Positions 59,460 to 64,000 of a DNA stretch of 64,000 nucleotides are shown here, one piece after another. Within the stretch, counting starts at the first letter, position 1, and each line of letters begins with the position of its first letter. The notes beneath the pieces were generated by a model. It made no database searches, was not told where the DNA came from, and worked only from the letters and a program-made list of their open reading frames with translations. A program made the translations under genes and the position numbers. This DNA is from Scyliorhinus canicula (Eukaryota): positions 9,984,245-10,048,244 of the forward strand of contig NC_052171.1 of assembly GCF_902713615.1 (NCBI RefSeq). The letters run 5' to 3'.

Positions 59460-60670
59460 ATACACACACACACGGACTCTCACACACGCAGACTCACACA
59501 CACACACAGACTCTCACACACGCGGACACACACACACACACTCTCACACACGCGGACTCTCTCATACACACACAGACTCACACACACGAACTCTCACTCA
59601 CAGGGACTCACACACACACACACACGGATTCACACACGCACACTCTCACACACACAAGCAGACACACACGCACACACAGACTCTCACACACGCGGACACA
59701 CATGTCATTCTCACACACGCGGACTCACACACGTAGACACTCACATACCCACACATTCTCACACACGCGGACTCACATACACACACACACACACATACAC
59801 ACGGACTCTCACACACACACACAGACTCTCACACACACAAATGGACTCTCACACAGGCGGAACTCACACACATGCATACGGACTCACACACACGCACACG
59901 GACTCACACACACACAAACTCTCACACACGCGGGCTCTCACACACATGGACTCACACACACACACACATGGATTCTCACACATGCGGGGACACACACACA
60001 CACGGACTCACACACACGGACTCACACACATGAACTCACATACGCACACATGGATTCTCACACACACGGACTCACACACACACATGGACTCTCACACACA
60101 CGGACTCACACACACACATGGACTCAGACACACACGCAGACTCAGACACACATGGGACTCACACAAGCGGACTTTACACACACACACACACGGACTCACA
60201 CACACACACACGGAATCACACACAAGAATTCTCACACACACACGGACTCACACACACTCGCACTCTCACACTCGCGGACTCACACACGCACACTCACACA
60301 CAGATGGACTCTCACACACATACACACACTCACAGAATCACACAAAAGAATTCTCACACACACACAGACGGACTCACACACACACGGATTCACACTCACA
60401 GACACAGACACACACGCTCAGACTCACACTCACGGACTCTCACACATGACTGTCACATGCGCGCGGACTCACACACAGACTCATATACATACACACTCTC
60501 ACACACAAATGGAAGCATACACAGGGACACAAACTCATAGACTGAAATATATGCGCGCGCAGACACACACATACACAAGAGCACACACAGGGACGTATAC
60601 ACACAGACAGAGACACACATACATGCACACACAAAGGGGCACAAACACACAAACACAGATACACACACAC
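59460..60670. repeat. CA-rich low-complexity tandem repeat (cacacacggactca)
   Basis: Visible directly. Confidence 0.9.
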
Positions 60671-60797
60671 TTTCCATGTGGTGATGGGGAGTATGAGAGC
60701 TGGGTACGGGGTAGCGTTTCATTGGAAGGTGATCAGTAGTGAGAGGGCTGACTGCAAATACCACTTGAGGAAACCATGCCAACACTCTCTACCCATT

Positions 60798-61105
60798 AGG
60801 GCTGCACGGTAGCACAGTTGCTTCACAGCTCCAGGGTCCCAGGTTCGATTCCGGCTTGGGTCACTGTCTGTGTGGAGTCTGCACATCCTCCCCCGTGTGT
60901 GCGTGGGTTTCCTCCCACAGTCTAAAGATGTGCAGGTTAGGTGGATTGGCCATGATCAATTGCCCTTAGTGTCCAAAAAAAAAGGTTAGGTGGGGTTACT
61001 GGGTTACGGGGATAGGGTGGAGACGGAGGGTGCTCCTTCCAAGGGCCGGCGCAGACTCGATGGGCCAAATGGCCTCCTTCTGCCCTGTAAATTCTATGAT
61101 TCTAT
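60798..61105 (+). mobile_element. HE1-type SINE
   Basis: Same head, core and tail. Confidence 0.8.
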
Positions 61106-61502
61106 AACTGGGCAACAAGCCTCGAATCTATACTCGCTAGCTAATGCACCGAGGCTGTACCCTCTGTGAAAGACAAACGCATAACTGTGAGTATTGCTGG
61201 AAAAGTGACATGTTGCCAAAGTTTTTAATTTCTGACTCATCAGGACAAACACAAGAATGCCAAATGTCAAATGCCCACAACAATTTATGCTGCAGGATAG
61301 AAGGCTGCCGATTGGCTGGCGCGATGACTCCGATTGGTCTGGGCGTTGCTATGGAGAAAGCAATGGGGAACTAGAGGATCTCCAAACTCCCGAGTAATTC
61401 CAAAACGATGCACGGGTCGAACATTCCTTCTGTTTTGCAGAGGACCTTGCATATGAATGTATCTCCATTCGAGCCCGTATAAATGAGAAACTGATTATCT
61501 GA

Positions 61503-61843
61503 AATCATAGAATTTACAGTGCAGAAGGAGGCCATTCGGCCCATCGAGTCTGCACCGGCTCTTGGAAAGAGCACCCTACCCAAGGTCAACACCTCCACCC
61601 TATCCCCATAACCCAGTAACCCCACCCAACATTAAGGGCAATTTTGGACACTAAGGGCAATTTATCACGGCCAATCCACCTAACCTGCACATCTTTGTGA
61701 CTGTGGGAGAAAACCGGAGCACCCGGAGGAAACCCACGCACAAATGGGGAGGATGTGCAGACTCCGCACAGACAGTGACCCAAGCCGGAATCGAACCTGG
61801 GATCCTGGAGCTGTGAAGCGATTGTGCTATCCACAATGCTACC
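61503..61843 (-). mobile_element. HE1-type SINE
   Basis: Same head, core and tail. Confidence 0.85.
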
Positions 61844-62114
61844 AATGCGGTTTTTAGCCTTGCTATAGCGCAGTCAGGATTGTTCATTTCAGTGCTTAAC
61901 GGCCTCGGCCAATTCCTTGCCCATCCCTAGTTTCTCCGAGTAGAGGTTTGACGCAGCTGGGGGTTTGCCGAGATGTTTCAGAGGGGCCGTTAAGAGTTAA
62001 TAACATTGCGGTGGGATCTGGTTACATTCAGCTCCTGGTCACTTATTGCCCCTTAATTGGAAAAAATAATTGGGTACTCTAAAAAAATTTTAAAATACAT
62101 TTATGGGGTGTGGG

Positions 62115-62480
62115 TGTCGCTGGCTAGGCCCCAGCATTTGTGGCCTATCCCTAATTGCCCCTTGAGAAGGTGGTGGGTGAGCCGCCTTCTTGAGCCGCTG
62201 CAGGCCTTGAGGTGTAGGTACACCCACTGTGCTGTTAGGGAGGGCGTTCCAGGATTTTGCCCAGCGACAGTGAAGGAACGGCCGATATATTTCCAAGTCG
62301 GGGCGGTGAGTGACTTGGAGGGGAACCTCCAGGTGGTGGGGTTCCCAGGTATCTGCTGCCCTTGTCCTTCTAGATGGTAGAGGTCGTGGGTTTGGAAGGT
62401 GCTGCCTAAGGAGCCTTGGTGAGTTGCTGCAGTGCATCTTGTAGATGGTACACACGGCTGCCGCTGTGCGTCGGTGGGGG
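62115..62480 (-). mobile_element. L2/CR1-group LINE 3' fragment
   Basis: Reverse complement of the 20590-20945 sequence. Confidence 0.8.
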
Positions 62481-63479
62481 AGGAACTGTTGCAGCTCAAG
62501 AAGGCGGCTCACCCCTACCTCTCAAGGGTCAATTAGGGGTGGGCAACAAATGTTGGACCTCACCAGCGAATGATTTTATAAAAATAAGATCGGCAGCGCA
62601 AAAAGCCAGTGGGAACTTAGTGTTAGGGGGGGCTGGAAGAGATTACAGAGATAGGAAGAAGCAAGGTGGTGGAGGGATTTGAACTCAAAGGTAAAGATTT
62701 GAAAATTGAAAGGGTTTTCGATGAGCGTGATAAAATGGCCTTTGAAGATTAACGGCTGCGGAATACATGAATCAAAAGCTTCACGTTTTCCGACTTGATG
62801 TAGAACTGTTTTGCATAGTCTGTGACAGGAAGGGGAAGCTTTCTCTCTCTCTCTCTCACTGAGGTACGAGGGCTGTTTCCACTTGTCAACGCCCAAGATG
62901 TCATCACTGTCTGTGAGGTGGGTGGAACATTTGTTCCGAGCTTGGCCGAAAGATATTCAGACCGAGGGGCGGAGGGGCGGAGGGGGGGGGGGGCTGGATT
63001 TTCGAAAGAGCACGTGAGCCGATAAGTGATCAGGAGCTGAATGTAACCTGCTTCAACAAGATCGCACACGGCTAGTTTTAAAAAACACACACACACACAG
63101 CTGCCTCACAGTTTGCAAGGATTTTGTGACTCATTCCTCAAAAACAAATTCCCCGTCTATTTTTCTCCTCAGCTTTTGACCCACTAGCGTAAGGAATAAA
63201 AATAAACAAAGCCTGTGGCGCCTTCAGTTTTTTTGGGGGTAAATTTAGAGTACCCGATTGGGGTTTTCCCACCCCCAATTGAGGAGCAATTTAGCGCGGC
63301 CAATCCACCTACCCTGCGCATCTTTTTGGGATGTGGGGGCGAAACTCACGCAGACACGGGGAGAATGTGCAAACTCCACACGGACAGTGACCCAGAGCCG
63401 GGATTGAACCTGGAACCTCGGTGCCGTGAGGCACTAGTGCTAACCACTGCACCCCCCCCCCCCCCCCCGTCTCCGTCTC

Positions 63480-64000
63480 GACCAGCATTTGTTGCCCATC
63501 CCTAGTTGCCCCTTGAGAAGGTGGTGAGTGAGCCGCCTTCTTGAGCCGCTGCAGTCTGTGGGGTGTAGGTACACCCACAGTGCTGTTAGGGAGGGAGCAC
63601 CAGGATTTTGACCCAGCGACAGTGAAGGAACGGCCGATATATTTCCAAGTCAGGGCGGTGAGTGACTTGGAGGGGAACCTCCAGGTGGTGGGGTTCCCAG
63701 GTATCTGCTGCCCTTGTCCTTCTAGATGGTAGAGGCCGTGGGTTTGGAAGATGCTGCCTAAGGAGCCTTGGTGAGTTGCTGCAGTGCATCTTGTAGATGG
63801 TACACACGGCTGCCACTGTGCGTCGGTGGTGGAGGGAGTGAATGTTTGTGGATGGGGTGCCGATCAAGCGGGGCTGCTTTGTCCTGGATGGTGTGGAGCT
63901 TCTTGAATGTTGTTGGAGCTGCACTCATCCAGGCAAGTGGAGAGTATTCACTCACACTCCTGACTTGTGCCTTGTAGATGGTGGACAGGCTTCGAGGGGG
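63480..64000 (-). mobile_element. L2/CR1-group LINE 3' fragment (runs off the window)
   Basis: MSEYSPLAWMSAAPTTFKKLHTIQDKAA; near-identical to 62115-62480. Confidence 0.85.

Noticed and set aside
59448-60739. His/Thr-rich ORFs of about 340 aa
   Set aside because: CA-rich low-complexity repeat

Overview
Vertebrate genomic DNA, almost certainly from a cartilaginous fish (catshark-like). The evidence is the GnRH1 decapeptide QHWSFDLRPG and abundant HE1-type SINEs and CR1/HER1-type LINEs. Three protein-coding genes lie on the minus strand. GNRH1 has its first coding exon at 1356-1490 and a probable non-coding exon 1 and promoter near 5.3 kb; its remaining exons fall off the left edge. KCTD9 is complete (12 exons, 39212->16129, 389 aa). 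DUSP2 is complete (4 coding exons, 48555->46137, 306 aa) with a probable 5' non-coding exon and an SRE/CRE/TATA promoter. The rest is SINEs, LINEs, solo LTRs, hAT and Harbinger-like MITEs, Penelope-like elements, one tRNA-Ala(UGC)-like gene and at least seven minisatellites. Highlights: (1) a ~1.8 kb minisatellite of about 60 co-oriented consensus CTCF motifs between the KCTD9 promoter and DUSP2, and a 19-unit YY1-motif minisatellite upstream of DUSP2; (2) minimal hammerhead ribozyme motifs in Penelope terminal repeats; (3) a KCTD9 promoter built from repeated PBX/PKNOX-N9-CCAAT modules; (4) a hAT MITE carrying a SINE 3' tail, present in two local copies. All long ORFs in the supplied track that lie outside the three genes and transposon remnants are repeat artefacts.
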